A program made the translations under genes and the position numbers. Of a stretch of 64,000 nucleotides of DNA, positions 28,865 to 39,770 are shown in pieces. The stretch is from Bdellovibrionales bacterium (lineage in GTDB: Bacteria > Bdellovibrionota > Bdellovibrionia > Bdellovibrionales > UBA1609), in NCBI GenBank assembly GCA_965199825.1, contig OZ241329.1, forward strand, positions 1,984,001 through 2,048,000, given 5' to 3'. Within the stretch, counting starts at the first letter, position 1; the number at the start of each line of letters is the position of its first letter. The notes under the pieces are model-generated. The model searched no databases. It saw only the letters and a list, made by a program, of their open reading frames with translations, and was not told where the DNA came from.

Positions 28865-30597
28865 TGACCGATCTAAAAACGATTTCTTTTTTTAAAAATT
28901 TTGATCCCGCGTTTTTAAAAGTGATCGAGGGGATTGTCGATGAGCAAACAGTTCATGTTGGTGAATCTCTCTTAAAACAAAACCAAATCAATGAACGGCT
29001 GTTTTTTTTAATTAGCGGAAAACTCCAAGTCTGGGTGGATGACCAACCCGTCCGAGTTTCTGAAACTTTCGGGGATATGTTTGGTGAGATGAGCCTCATC
29101 TCGCAAAAGCCGGTGGGCGCAAGTATCACATCGCTACTGGATTCTCAGGTGATTTCGTTTCCGATTGGAATCTTGGCAGCCGAAATTCAACAACAGATTT
29201 TTGCCGGATTTTCAGAAATCTTGGTGCAAAAGCTTGAGGCAACCAATCAAAAAGCCAAATTTTTTGAGCAAACAAATATCGAACTCGAAAAAACAAAGGG
29301 CGAACTGACCGAACTCAACCACAGCCTTGAACAAAAGGTCGAGCTGCGAACCGCCGACCTCGAATTAAAAAGACGACTCCTTTTAGAAAATAACCAAAAA
29401 TTAGAAAATCAAAATATCGAACTGAGCTTAAGCCAGCGAAAATTTGATCAACTCTATACGGACCGCAATCTGACTCTTGATCAGCTCGAAAAACTTTATA
29501 AGGATCACCTTTTACCACTGCAGTTTAGTTTTGATTTCTTAAAAAATCATACCGACGCCGAGGTCAAAGATTCAATCATCGAGGCCTCAAAAGAATTAGA
29601 TCAAATTGTTCATTTGCTTGAGCCCATGAACACCCAGATCTCTATCGAGAGAACAGTCAAGTCTCGACGGGTTTTGTTTGCCGAGCCCAATAAAAAGCAA
29701 CAGCTGGTTGCGCGCTTGGCCTTGGGTGGTACGGGCGTTCGGGTGGATGTGGTTGCAAACTTTGATGAGGCAAAAGATCTTTTTGCTCAGCATTTGTATG
29801 ACATCGTGTTTTTTCATCCCGACTGCGTCGATGTGGTGACTCGAGCTCTCGAACTCAACCCTCTGGTTCAAATTGTATTGCTCACTTCGGAACTGATCGT
29901 TGATCTTATTCCTCAGATTTTGAATTATTCTTTTTCACCCAATATTGTTTCGCGTTCAGAAGAAAATAAGTTTTTTTCGATCAAGAATATCAGCACCACT
30001 TTAATGAAATTGGCATCGAGAGAAATTTTTGGGCTCGACAAATATCTCAATTGGGGAGCCGAAGTTCACACTCGCGCTGTGACCTCGAGCGGACAAAGGT
30101 CGATGCTCCAAAAAGATGTCGACGATTACATGGCCAATTTAGGAATTCGAAAAACCATACGCGAAAAAAGTCTGAATGTGCTCGAAGAGCTTTTAATGAA
30201 TGCGATCTATGATGCACCCACCGATTCCAGCGGTAAAAACCTCTACAATCATCATTTGCGAACGGTTGCGATAGAACTCACACCCGATCAGCAAAGCGAG
30301 CTGAGCTTTGCCTCTGATGGTGTGGTGATGGCTATTTCGGTTCGAGATCCTTTTGGCAGTTTGTCGATGGATGTGATTTTGAACTACCTTAAAAGCTGCT
30401 ACGAGGGTCGAGCCGGAAGTCTCAATCAACACAAAGGTGGGGCGGGACGGGGTCTACATCAGATTATTGAAAACTCAGATCTGGTGGTATTTAACATTCA
30501 TCCCCGTCAGCAGACCGAGGTCATTGCCATTTTTAGCGTGGATCCTAAGGAGGCGGTGGCCCCTTTTGCTTCCTTTCATCTTTTTATCGCTAAATAG
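28864..30597 (+). CDS. cNMP-binding / coiled-coil / degenerate REC / HATPase signalling protein
   Basis: [20 protein letters not shown] (cNMP); [16 protein letters not shown] and GGAGRGL (GHKL boxes). Confidence 0.75.
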   Translation: MTDLKTISFFKNFDPAFLKVIEGIVDEQTVHVGESLLKQNQINERLFFLISGKLQVWVDDQPVRVSETFGDMFGEMSLISQKPVGASITSLLDSQVISFPIGILAAEIQQQIFAGFSEILVQKLEATNQKAKFFEQTNIELEKTKGELTELNHSLEQKVELRTADLELKRRLLLENNQKLENQNIELSLSQRKFDQLYTDRNLTLDQLEKLYKDHLLPLQFSFDFLKNHTDAEVKDSIIEASKELDQIVHLLEPMNTQISIERTVKSRRVLFAEPNKKQQLVARLALGGTGVRVDVVANFDEAKDLFAQHLYDIVFFHPDCVDVVTRALELNPLVQIVLLTSELIVDLIPQILNYSFSPNIVSRSEENKFFSIKNISTTLMKLASREIFGLDKYLNWGAEVHTRAVTSSGQRSMLQKDVDDYMANLGIRKTIREKSLNVLEELLMNAIYDAPTDSSGKNLYNHHLRTVAIELTPDQQSELSFASDGVVMAISVRDPFGSLSMDVILNYLKSCYEGRAGSLNQHKGGAGRGLHQIIENSDLVVFNIHPRQQTEVIAIFSVDPKEAVAPFASFHLFIAK

Positions 30598-30638
30598 AAG
30601 TTGCGTTTTTTGCGCCACCAATGTTACCCCAAGTGTCT

Positions 30639-30890
30639 ATGAAAAAAGAAATCCACCCCGAATTTAAGCTTGTTGTTTTTAAAGATGTTTCTTGCGATTA
30701 CGCGCTGTTGACCAAGTCCACAATGCGCTCAAAAGAAATGATCACATGGGAAGACGGCAAAGAGTACCCTTTGGTTAAGGTGGATATTTCGAGTCATTCT
30801 CATCCTTTCTTTACCGGCAAACAACGTATGGCAGACACCGAAGGCCGTGCCGAAAAATTCAAAAAGAAATACGGCAAAAAAGAAGCTTAA
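30639..30890 (+). CDS. rpmE2: 50S ribosomal protein L31, type B
   Basis: [32 protein letters not shown] and [10 protein letters not shown]; no CxxC pairs. Confidence 0.93.
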   Translation: MKKEIHPEFKLVVFKDVSCDYALLTKSTMRSKEMITWEDGKEYPLVKVDISSHSHPFFTGKQRMADTEGRAEKFKKKYGKKEA

Positions 30891-33433
30891 GGGCGGCTTA
30901 GCGCTTTTTGGCAATCATCCAAAAATAATTCCTTTGGTATTTCTGTAAGGTGGAGACTTAATGTTTCTGCTAGAAGTTTTGCGGCGGTGAGCAATGCAAT
31001 ATCATTGTTGGTATTGTGTTGGGCTGCTTCAATCACCTGATTTTGATACTTTATAAACTGGGTGAGTGAGGGATGTATCGGCATTATTTCAAGTTGATGA
31101 CCGAGAATCCTAAAATTTGGCAGATTCGAAATTCGCTTTTTAAAATCGGTGAGTGAGACTCGTTGATTTTGCAACTCCATGATCAAATGAGACAGATTGA
31201 GCAGCGCCAAAAGGGGATGATCCCCATTTTGTTGTTTTTTAAAAAATTGCTCGACTGATTTCGAGGCAATGATCTCGGTATAAGTTTTTAAGAGGATATC
31301 TGACCTTTGTGTTTTTAAAGATCTCTCGTCGGGCAAATAAGGAGTGCAATCCAATGTTCGAAGGAATCGACCCTTTAAAAAAATTGCCACCTTTGAGTGG
31401 GCCTGTGCCATTGTGATTTGGCCAGAGCCCCATTCGTATTGAAAGCCCACAACTTGGCGAATTTCGACTCCAGGTTTTTTGTTTACAACCGCATTCAATA
31501 TTAGGCTTAAAAGTTTTGAGCTATCACGGCATTGAAAACAGGTTTCTCCCTCCTCATTGAGGTATACTTTAAGATCCGATAAACTATTTTTATTTTCTAC
31601 CTCTTGAGGCGTTGCGAGATAACTGTATTTCGACGTCGTTTGAATGGCGCCCACTATTTTTTCAAGGTTCAATTGATCTTGGATTTGAAGCCATTCGAGT
31701 TGGTCGGCCAATGCGCTAAATCCTAATTGCTGCAGTTCGCGTATGACTTTAATCACCTTTTGTTTTGATAGGGTGAGGAGATCTTGATTCTCTGGCGGGT
31801 CATCGGGAATCAGCTGAATCTGAAACGTAATTGCTCCATCAAAGGAATCAAAACCTTTTACCAATTGGATATAAACTTCTTTTGTTGTTTGATTTTGGAC
31901 GATCTCAAGTTCTGGTGGAGAGTTCGAAAACTGCCAATTTATCGCCTTCAATCCGGGCGGGGTGGGAACACCTATTGTTTGATCATGTTTGTTAAGCTGA
32001 ATAGCTACGTTTAAAAATCGAATTTGTGTTGCAACGCCCATAGGAGCTGAAATCTGAGGGATGGTGCTCAATGTTTGTTTGGTCGGCTCAGGTGTGAGTA
32101 AAAAATCCCAGCGAGGACCTTTTGAATTTTCAAAGATCGAAGCAAAAAGGATTTTTTTATCGGCTTCCGCTTGGGACCGACTTCGGTTGGGCAATTTCAT
32201 ATTGAGAGATAAGCCTTTAATATCTTCGCTCGTTGCTTCGTATCTCGCATGGGATTTATTTTGGGGTGAACTGCGAAAATATTCGAGAGCATCTTTTTGA
32301 AACGGAATGCTCCAATCGGTGGCTCGCCTATTTTTAGAAGAGTCATGATTCAAAAGATGGAGTTCATGTCCTTCGGTAGAATCCAAAATATCTTGGACCA
32401 CAGACTGGGCAAGGGTTGTTGCAAATTGCGATTTGGAAAATTGAGATTTGTTTAATGTGGCGGATTTAAGATGAAGTAACAAAACCTCAAAATGACTCAA
32501 AATAAAAATGGGTGAGTACAATTGGCTAATATCAAATCCATCAAATTCAATTTTATTTGGGTTTTTAATTGTTTCGCTTAAGGCTCTCAGGTCATTTTCG
32601 TTCAAGATTTTAGAGTTGAGTTTGATCACATATTGACGATTGAAATTTTGGAGAATGAGGGGTGAGGCACTCCCTTGAATCTCTTGGCGATGCTCAAAGG
32701 GTAAAAGTGTAAAACGCTTGAGCTCATTCAGATTAAAATCGAGAAGATTGCCCGATGTTGCATCGACCAATTCGATTTGATTGTGGGAAAGTTTTAAAAT
32801 TTCCTTTAAGTACAGTCTCCTTACATTTTGGAGAACCTGATCGACGCTGAGGGGCTGATCAATTTTTTGTTTGGTGATCGAAAATGCGAGGGCTGCAAAA
32901 AGCTTTCTTTTGAACAAGCTCTCGTAAGATCGAAAATTGGTATCAAAATCGCGATAGGTTTTTGAAAACTCAGCCCGCAATTCATTTTCAATTTGAATGT
33001 TAGGCTTATGAACATCTTTTGATAAATTCATTTGAGCCAAAGCCTCAATCTGAAGTCGGACTTCGCCCAAAGGAGGCTGATCTAAAATTTCTTGATACAG
33101 TTTGGCCGCAATCACACTTTCAAAATTTTTAAGCTTGGCCTCAAATTCGGGTTGTGATGCTGCCCATTGTTTTATCGATTCATGAAGTCCACGAGTAAAC
33201 CTAAAAAACTGATCGTGAGTTAAACCGGGCAAAAGGTTTTGATGATCTTTTTTCCACAACCAATATTTTTCGAGAAATTGGGATTGGTAAGCCTGATCGA
33301 GCCCCGAATAGCCGACACCATGAGGGGTAAATACCTCACGAATGGTTTGCTCTTTGATTTGAATTTCCCCAAATGAAAAAGTCGAAAATAAAATCAAAAA
33401 GATTAAAATTGGCAGAAATTCCCTCTGTGTCAA
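30887..33433 (-). CDS. Large secreted protein with a transglutaminase-like domain
   Basis: Signal peptide; [10 protein letters not shown]...RQVVGF...AHSKV...LDCTP gives Cys-His-Asp in transglutaminase-like spacing. Confidence 0.65.
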   Translation of the reverse strand: MTQREFLPILIFLILFSTFSFGEIQIKEQTIREVFTPHGVGYSGLDQAYQSQFLEKYWLWKKDHQNLLPGLTHDQFFRFTRGLHESIKQWAASQPEFEAKLKNFESVIAAKLYQEILDQPPLGEVRLQIEALAQMNLSKDVHKPNIQIENELRAEFSKTYRDFDTNFRSYESLFKRKLFAALAFSITKQKIDQPLSVDQVLQNVRRLYLKEILKLSHNQIELVDATSGNLLDFNLNELKRFTLLPFEHRQEIQGSASPLILQNFNRQYVIKLNSKILNENDLRALSETIKNPNKIEFDGFDISQLYSPIFILSHFEVLLLHLKSATLNKSQFSKSQFATTLAQSVVQDILDSTEGHELHLLNHDSSKNRRATDWSIPFQKDALEYFRSSPQNKSHARYEATSEDIKGLSLNMKLPNRSRSQAEADKKILFASIFENSKGPRWDFLLTPEPTKQTLSTIPQISAPMGVATQIRFLNVAIQLNKHDQTIGVPTPPGLKAINWQFSNSPPELEIVQNQTTKEVYIQLVKGFDSFDGAITFQIQLIPDDPPENQDLLTLSKQKVIKVIRELQQLGFSALADQLEWLQIQDQLNLEKIVGAIQTTSKYSYLATPQEVENKNSLSDLKVYLNEEGETCFQCRDSSKLLSLILNAVVNKKPGVEIRQVVGFQYEWGSGQITMAQAHSKVAIFLKGRFLRTLDCTPYLPDERSLKTQRSDILLKTYTEIIASKSVEQFFKKQQNGDHPLLALLNLSHLIMELQNQRVSLTDFKKRISNLPNFRILGHQLEIMPIHPSLTQFIKYQNQVIEAAQHNTNNDIALLTAAKLLAETLSLHLTEIPKELFLDDCQKALSRP

Positions 33434-33513
33434 ATTGAGCGACAGCCCAAATCGCCAATAGGAGAAATGAACTTCAATCTATAAGGGATAAATCAATTTG
33501 TGCGCCAGTGGAT

Positions 33514-34419
33514 TTAAGTGGTGCGCTCTTCGATCACCACATGGTGAAGCTTAAAGTTTTTTAGCAAAAGATTTTTGTAAAACTGCAAACCTTTGGGGCT
33601 TGATGCGAGAACGACCAATTCGCAGGCAAGAGCGGAAGGCGCAATCTTCCAAATATGAAGATCAAGGACTTGAACACCTGTTTGCTCGATTTGGGTTTTG
33701 ACACGGTCATAGTCAATACCGCGAGCATGCCCATCGAGAAGTTCCCAGCCTGTAGACTTGATCAGACGGATTCCCCAAATAAAAATAATGATGGAGCCCA
33801 CAAGTCCCATCAGCGGATCAAACCAAGTGATGCCGGTGTAGTAGGTCAGTGTTAGAGCCAAAAGAGCAAACAACGATGTCACAATATCACTGATGATATG
33901 CAGATAGGCGCCGCGCAGATTCCAATCGGTGTGCACATGGTGATGATGGTCATGGTCGCCGTGATGATGGTGGTGATGACCTTCGCGCAATATAAAAGCG
34001 CTAAAAATATTTACGATTAAGCCCACTGCGGTCACAACAATCGCAGGCACCACATCGATCAGGTGGGGCGTAAACAATCTAACACCTGATTCATAGCCAA
34101 GTGTGCTCACAACTCCGATCAGTAACAAGGCACTTGTGTAGCCTCCGAGTGGGATGATTTTTCCGCCGCCGAAATTAAATCGTTTGCACCACTCAGGAGT
34201 ATCGGCCAAACGGTAGGCCAAAACGGTGATCATCAATGCCACCGTGTCGGCTGCCAGATGCCAGCCGTCAGATAAAAGCGCCATCGACTGTGTTTTAAAT
34301 CCATAAAAAACTTCGACCAGCATCATCAAAAGAGAAAGCAGCAAAACAATTTTTGTTTTTTGACTATTTTTTTGGAGTTGTGGATTTTCTTTTAAAAAGT
34401 TGTGTTCGATCGCGCTCAT
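33514..34419 (-). CDS. CDF metal efflux transporter (DmeF-like)
   Basis: SMALLSDGWH, His-rich loop, NLRGAYLHI.SD and DLHIWK. Confidence 0.9.
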   Translation of the reverse strand: MSAIEHNFLKENPQLQKNSQKTKIVLLLSLLMMLVEVFYGFKTQSMALLSDGWHLAADTVALMITVLAYRLADTPEWCKRFNFGGGKIIPLGGYTSALLLIGVVSTLGYESGVRLFTPHLIDVVPAIVVTAVGLIVNIFSAFILREGHHHHHHGDHDHHHHVHTDWNLRGAYLHIISDIVTSLFALLALTLTYYTGITWFDPLMGLVGSIIIFIWGIRLIKSTGWELLDGHARGIDYDRVKTQIEQTGVQVLDLHIWKIAPSALACELVVLASSPKGLQFYKNLLLKNFKLHHVVIEERTT

Positions 34420-35357
34420 AATGTTTTAAAACGCTCGGTGATTTCTATAAGTTTAAGAACGGTTTCGTTTTCAAATGCCGAGTGTCCAGCTGTGGGCATC
34501 ACATGCAGCTTGGCGTGCGGCATTGCGCGTTGAAGATCAAAAGCATTTTTGAGTGGGCAGACCACATCGTAGCGACCGTGAACAATTTCGGTCGGAATAT
34601 TTTTGAGGCGGTCTGCATGTTTTAAAAGCTGATCGTCGCTTTTGAAAAATGCGCCATTGGTAAAATAATGCGATTCAATGCGAGCAAAGGCCCAAGCAAA
34701 ATCGGGATCCTCATAACGACTTAAAAAATCGGTGTCTTTTTTTAGTTTCGAAGTTGAGGCTTCCCACAATGTCCAAGCCATTGCTGCTTTTCGGCGTTTT
34801 TTAATATCAGAGCCTTCAAGCAATTGGGCATAGGCGCTCACCAAATCGCTTCTGTCTTTTTGGTCGATCACATCGACATATTTTTGCCACTCATCGGGAA
34901 AAATAAACGAAGCCCCTTCCTGGTAAAACCAATCAATCTCTTCTTTGCGACATAAAAATATACCGCGCAAAATCAGTCCGGCCACTTTTTCAGGATGAGT
35001 CTCGCTGTAAGCAAGCCCAAGTGTAGAGCCCCAACTGCCACCAAACACAATCCATTTATCAATTTTTAAATGTGTCCGTAAGGCTTCCATGTCTGAAACC
35101 AAATCCCATGTGGTATTTTCTTTGATTTCGGCATGAGGGGTACTGAGTCCAGCACCCCGTTGATCAAACAGAATCACACGATAAAACTTGGGATCAAAAA
35201 ATTTTCTACAATCTGGCGAAATCCCACCACCGGGTCCACCGTGAACAAATAAAATCGGTTTACCTTTAGGGTTCCCTACCTCTTCGTAGTACATGTTATG
35301 AAGAGGCGATACTTTGAGATGACCCTTATTGTAGGGCTCGGTCATCGGATAAATCAA
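34416..35357 (-). CDS. pip: Prolyl aminopeptidase
   Basis: HGGPGGG, FDQRGAG.S.P, VFGGSWGSTL, LRGIF, GRYDVVCP and AGHSA. Confidence 0.95.
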   Translation of the reverse strand: MIYPMTEPYNKGHLKVSPLHNMYYEEVGNPKGKPILFVHGGPGGGISPDCRKFFDPKFYRVILFDQRGAGLSTPHAEIKENTTWDLVSDMEALRTHLKIDKWIVFGGSWGSTLGLAYSETHPEKVAGLILRGIFLCRKEEIDWFYQEGASFIFPDEWQKYVDVIDQKDRSDLVSAYAQLLEGSDIKKRRKAAMAWTLWEASTSKLKKDTDFLSRYEDPDFAWAFARIESHYFTNGAFFKSDDQLLKHADRLKNIPTEIVHGRYDVVCPLKNAFDLQRAMPHAKLHVMPTAGHSAFENETVLKLIEITERFKTL

Positions 35358-36628
35358 TCGCGCTCCAGGATTGCGGTCACGCCCATTCCTCCAGCAGTAC
35401 AGATGCTGATAAGGCCGCGACCTTTTCCTTTTTGCTCAAGCATTTTTGCAAGAGATGCGACAATGCGGGTGCCGGTAGCGGCAAAGGGATGTCCCAGTGC
35501 AACGCTTCCCCCTTTGACATTCATTTTGCTGCGATCAATTTTGCCCAATGGTTTATCGAGTCCTAATTTGTTTTTACAAAATTCGGCCGACTCCCAAGCT
35601 TTAAGAGTGCACAGCACTTGGCCCGCAAAGGCTTCGTGAATTTCATAAAAATCAAAATCTTGCAGAGTTAACCCCGCGCGCTTCAGCATCTTAGGCACCG
35701 CATATGCGGGCGCCATCAAAAGTCCCTCGTCTTCAACAAAATCCACCGCAGCGGTTTGCCCGTAAGTGATGTAGCAAAGAACGGGGAGGTTGTGTTTTTT
35801 GGCCCATGATTCTGAACTCATGAGCACAGCTGAAGCCCCGTCAGTAAGAGGCGAACTATTGCCCGCGGTTAAAGTGCCTTGAGCTGAAGTATCAAAGACG
35901 GGTTTAAGTTTTTGCAATTTTTCAAACGAAGTGTCAGCGCGAGGCCCCGTGTCGGCCTTTAGATTTTGAAATGGAACAACCAGATCATTATAAAAACCTT
36001 CGGCATAAGCCTTGACCGCGTTTTGGTGAGAAACAAGTGTGAGGCGATCTTGCTCTTCTCGAGAAATTTGCCAAGTTTTAACCATCTTCTCGCAGCTTTG
36101 ACCCATGCTTAAGCCGGTGCGCGGTTCAAAAACCGCAGGAGTTACCGGCTTTAAACTACTTGGTGGAAGAGTTAAAAATAGTTTTAATTTTTCAAACACC
36201 GATTTTGCTTTTGTACTTTTCAAAAGTCGCATTGCAAAGTCTTTGCTAAAAGCAATTGGCAAATCACTATTGGTGTCAACACCGCCTGCGATTCCGACTT
36301 CAATTTGACCTAAACTAATTTTATTTCCTACCAAAATTGTGGTTTCGAGACTTGTGCCGCAGGCCTGTTGCACATCATAGGCAGGGGTGCGCGCGCTCAA
36401 ACCCGAAGATAAAACACACTCGCGCGCCAAATTATAATCAGCAGTGTGTTTGATCACAGCACCTAGAGCGACTTCGCCCAATTCTTCATTTGTGAGTTTA
36501 TATTTAGTGACGATCTCTTTAAGGACAAAAGTCATAAGATCTTGATCCGAGATGCCCATATAAACACCGAGTGACCGAGTAAAGGGAATTCGTAATCCAC
36601 CGAGAATTGCAACGCGTTCGACAGCCAT
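35354..36628 (-). CDS. Acetyl-CoA C-acyltransferase (FadI-type thiolase)
   Basis: QACGTS, TAGNSSPLTDGA, EIHEAFA, GGSVALGHPFAATG and ICTAGG.G. Confidence 0.92.
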   Translation of the reverse strand: MAVERVAILGGLRIPFTRSLGVYMGISDQDLMTFVLKEIVTKYKLTNEELGEVALGAVIKHTADYNLARECVLSSGLSARTPAYDVQQACGTSLETTILVGNKISLGQIEVGIAGGVDTNSDLPIAFSKDFAMRLLKSTKAKSVFEKLKLFLTLPPSSLKPVTPAVFEPRTGLSMGQSCEKMVKTWQISREEQDRLTLVSHQNAVKAYAEGFYNDLVVPFQNLKADTGPRADTSFEKLQKLKPVFDTSAQGTLTAGNSSPLTDGASAVLMSSESWAKKHNLPVLCYITYGQTAAVDFVEDEGLLMAPAYAVPKMLKRAGLTLQDFDFYEIHEAFAGQVLCTLKAWESAEFCKNKLGLDKPLGKIDRSKMNVKGGSVALGHPFAATGTRIVASLAKMLEQKGKGRGLISICTAGGMGVTAILERD

Positions 36629-36699
36629 AAAACCTCCAGATCCATGAGTGTGAAACATCTTTTGCATGGGCGCAAGTTGTCCTTTAGGCTTTATATGAG

Positions 36700-38178
36700 A
36701 TGAATAATGAAGCCGAGGAATTTTTAAAAACAGGCCAAAAATATCAACTTGGTTTTTTGCCTACCGAGCAGTCGCATGACCTCACAAAAAATTTGAGCGA
36801 GCTTGCAAATCATAATTTAAAAGAGGCTTTTCGAGTTTTAAAACAGGTTGATTTAAAAGCCCTCGACACTCTCTGCCAGATTCCAATAGAGCCCTTAGAC
36901 CAACTTCAAAAAGATATTCAAAGGACGCTTACAAGCGGCGGCAGAATTTTTTTATGCGGCTGCGGTGCAACTGGACGTTTGAGCCTTTCGCTTGAGGTTT
37001 TGTGGCGAACTTTATTTCCACAAAAATCAGAGCAGGTCATCGGATTTATGGCGGGTGGCGATGTGGCCTTGGTCCATGCGCTCGAAGGATTTGAGGATTT
37101 TCCAGAGTATGGGGCTCGTCATCTTAACGACTTAAATTTTAATAAAAACGATCTGCTCATTGCAAGCTCCGAGGGTGGTGAAACACCTTATGTTTTGGGT
37201 GCGGTAAAAAAAGCGAGCGAGATCTCGGATCATCCTAACTATTTCATTTTTTGTAATCCCAAAAAGCTTCTCTTGGGGATTGATCGCTCGCGCGAAGTTT
37301 TAGAAAATCCAAATGTGATCACGATTGATTTAGCCGTAGGTCCAATGGCGCTTTCGGGGAGCACACGTCTTCAAGCTTCAACCATTTTGATGCTCGCAAT
37401 TGGATGCTGTCTACTTAAAGACAGTCATATTCAATCCGAGTTTGAACGATTTCGAAATCTTGTGGATCAAACTCATTTTGATTTTTTGATTCCATTTACC
37501 ACTCGGGAGTCCGAACTTTATAAACAAGGTGAAAATCTTCTTTACGAAGTGGATGATCTTGGTATTACGGTTTTTACCGATACCACCGAGCGTGCCCCCA
37601 CATTCAATTTGCCAGCCTTTGATAATTCTCTTTATCCCAAACAAAACCATTCGCTCTGCTACGTCAGCATTCCAAACGGCTGGAAGAATTTATTAAAGCG
37701 AGATCCACATTGTTTGGAGTGGACAGAGATCAATGTTAAAACGACATTTGATTACATCAAAGGTTTTGATTTTGGCTCGTCGGCTTTTGAGTTTCGCAAA
37801 AAATTAACCGGCAAAGATCCAATTATTTTTAAAATTCAAAATGGGGTGTTTGAGCTGCAAGAATTAACTGCAAGGCTCACTAGCACTAAAGATCTTTTGT
37901 TTGATCAACTTCTATTAAAAATTGGGCTCAATCAGCATTCCACCTTGGTGATGGGACGACTCGATCGGTTTGAAAATAACTTTATGACTTGGGTCAATCC
38001 GACGAATGGCAAACTGATCGACCGCGCCGCCCGTTATGTTTTGATGCTTCTCGAAAATAAGGGAATAAACAAAATCAGTTATAACCAGGTGATTCGCGAA
38101 CTCTTTGAACAGATTAAAACAATCACTCCTAAAGAGTCGATCGTTAAAAAAACGGCTGAGCAATTTTATTTGGCGTAA
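36700..38178 (+). CDS. Double-SIS-domain MurQ/GKRP-like protein
   Basis: GCGATGRL, MAGGD.AL..ALEGFED, GPMALSGSTRLQAST, second-half DTTERAPTF and NGKLIDRA. Confidence 0.7.
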   Translation: MNNEAEEFLKTGQKYQLGFLPTEQSHDLTKNLSELANHNLKEAFRVLKQVDLKALDTLCQIPIEPLDQLQKDIQRTLTSGGRIFLCGCGATGRLSLSLEVLWRTLFPQKSEQVIGFMAGGDVALVHALEGFEDFPEYGARHLNDLNFNKNDLLIASSEGGETPYVLGAVKKASEISDHPNYFIFCNPKKLLLGIDRSREVLENPNVITIDLAVGPMALSGSTRLQASTILMLAIGCCLLKDSHIQSEFERFRNLVDQTHFDFLIPFTTRESELYKQGENLLYEVDDLGITVFTDTTERAPTFNLPAFDNSLYPKQNHSLCYVSIPNGWKNLLKRDPHCLEWTEINVKTTFDYIKGFDFGSSAFEFRKKLTGKDPIIFKIQNGVFELQELTARLTSTKDLLFDQLLLKIGLNQHSTLVMGRLDRFENNFMTWVNPTNGKLIDRAARYVLMLLENKGINKISYNQVIRELFEQIKTITPKESIVKKTAEQFYLA

Positions 38179-39728
38179 TCGATCGCCTGGATTTCTCGCA
38201 CGACCGTGACCTTGATAAGGCCAGGGTAGGAGCACTCCTCTTCAATACGTTTGGCAATACTCTGACTTAAAGTTAGGGCGTGATGATCATCCACCTTGTG
38301 GCTATCGACGATCACTCGCACCTCACGCCCCGCACTCATAATATAAACATTAGTTACCCCATCAAAACTTGACCCGATGTTTTCAAGATCAGCCATTTTT
38401 TGTGAGTAGGAATCAATCGTTGACCGGCGAGCTCCCGGACGTGCACCCGAAATCGCATCTGAAGCAATCACCAAAAAAGCCAAATCTGTGCTTGGAGGTT
38501 CATCATGATGATGGGCTCTCACAGCATGAACCACTGGGGGCTTTTCACCATTTTTTGAAATAAAATCGGCACCAATCACCGCATGTCCACCATCGATACT
38601 GTGATCCATGGCTTTACCGATATCGTGAAGCATACCGGCTCTACGTCCTTCGGGAAGCGAGAGTTTTAGTTCTGCACTCAATAGCCCGCAGAGAAAACCA
38701 ACCTCGCAGCAATGAAAGTATTGGTTTTGTGCAAACGAGTAGCGGTAGCGAAGGGCTCCCATCATATTGCGAATCTCGTCGCTGAGGTGAGTGAGCTTTA
38801 ATTCTTGAGCAATTTTATTGCCATCATTACGGATGCGACGAAACAAATCTCGTTTACAATTGGCCACAACCTCGATTATTTTTTGCTCGTTGATCACACG
38901 CTCTTGGGTCAGGCGTTGAAGGCTTGATCGACCCAGTTCGCGCCGAACCGGATCAAATCCCAATACCGAAGCCGAAAGATATTGCTCGTTAATCGCAATG
39001 TCGATTCCACATTCGCGCTCGACGATCTTAAGAAGAGATTTATTTTCGCCAATTGTTTTTTTAAGTATATCGAGAGTTTTAAAATCCACATTGCCAATCC
39101 CGCGCTCAGGACAGTAGGCGCGCTGAAAGCGGTGGATCACGGTTTCGATAGTGCGCTTTGCAATCTTTTCGACCTCTTGCTCAAATTCTTCTTCCAAAAC
39201 CTGATTCTCGCGATTGAGCTTCAAGGTGTAATCGGCTTCGATATGATGTTTTAAAAGATTCTCAAGATCTAAGCGCTCGGCACCTGAATGTTCCAAAAGA
39301 GATTGAGTGTATTTTTGCTCAATATTTTTAAGCTCAGCTTGATGATTTCTAAACCTCTGTTCGACTTGTTTAAAACGATTTTCAAAAGATTTTTGACGAT
39401 CACTTTGTGAGCGCAATTCTTTTTCGCGTTTTTCAAAGGAAGCTTTAAGATCATGTTCTTTTTCGACCAAATGCTCTTCGAGAATTGTAATTCGTTGCTG
39501 AACAGGAGCCGATGTTTTTTCGAGCTCTTCACGCAGTTCTTCTTCGAAATCGGCAACCTGGAGTTTGATGTCGGCAAAGATCGCATCGCCATCTTCTTTG
39601 GCCTCTTGCAAAAGCTCTAAAGCCTCTTTATTTGCGGTTGCGGTTAAGCTTTTGGCATAGAGGCGCGCGGCAATAAAAAATGAAAATGTCCCAAGGGCTA
39701 ATCCAAAAATAAAGAAAACAATCAGCAT
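38166..39728 (-). CDS. rny: Ribonuclease Y
   Basis: N-terminal TM, coiled coil, FDPVRRE, LHDIGKA, DAISGARPGARR, AGREVRV and YPG.IKVTVVRE. Confidence 0.9.
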   Translation of the reverse strand: MLIVFFIFGLALGTFSFFIAARLYAKSLTATANKEALELLQEAKEDGDAIFADIKLQVADFEEELREELEKTSAPVQQRITILEEHLVEKEHDLKASFEKREKELRSQSDRQKSFENRFKQVEQRFRNHQAELKNIEQKYTQSLLEHSGAERLDLENLLKHHIEADYTLKLNRENQVLEEEFEQEVEKIAKRTIETVIHRFQRAYCPERGIGNVDFKTLDILKKTIGENKSLLKIVERECGIDIAINEQYLSASVLGFDPVRRELGRSSLQRLTQERVINEQKIIEVVANCKRDLFRRIRNDGNKIAQELKLTHLSDEIRNMMGALRYRYSFAQNQYFHCCEVGFLCGLLSAELKLSLPEGRRAGMLHDIGKAMDHSIDGGHAVIGADFISKNGEKPPVVHAVRAHHHDEPPSTDLAFLVIASDAISGARPGARRSTIDSYSQKMADLENIGSSFDGVTNVYIMSAGREVRVIVDSHKVDDHHALTLSQSIAKRIEEECSYPGLIKVTVVREIQAIDYAK

Positions 39729-39770
39729 GGGCCAAAAACTAGCACAGGCGGGGTCAAAAGAGAAAGGGCG

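Noticed and set aside
33492..33508. Sigma-54-like TGGCGCACAAATTGATT upstream of the transglutaminase-like gene (and AAGCACCAAATTTGCA at ~20072-20087)
   Set aside because: Each lacks one invariant dinucleotide (GA for GC, AG for GG), so it cannot be called without a genome-wide model
33937..33979. CAT/CAC-type trinucleotide repeat
   Set aside because: Explained by the His-rich loop of the CDF transporter
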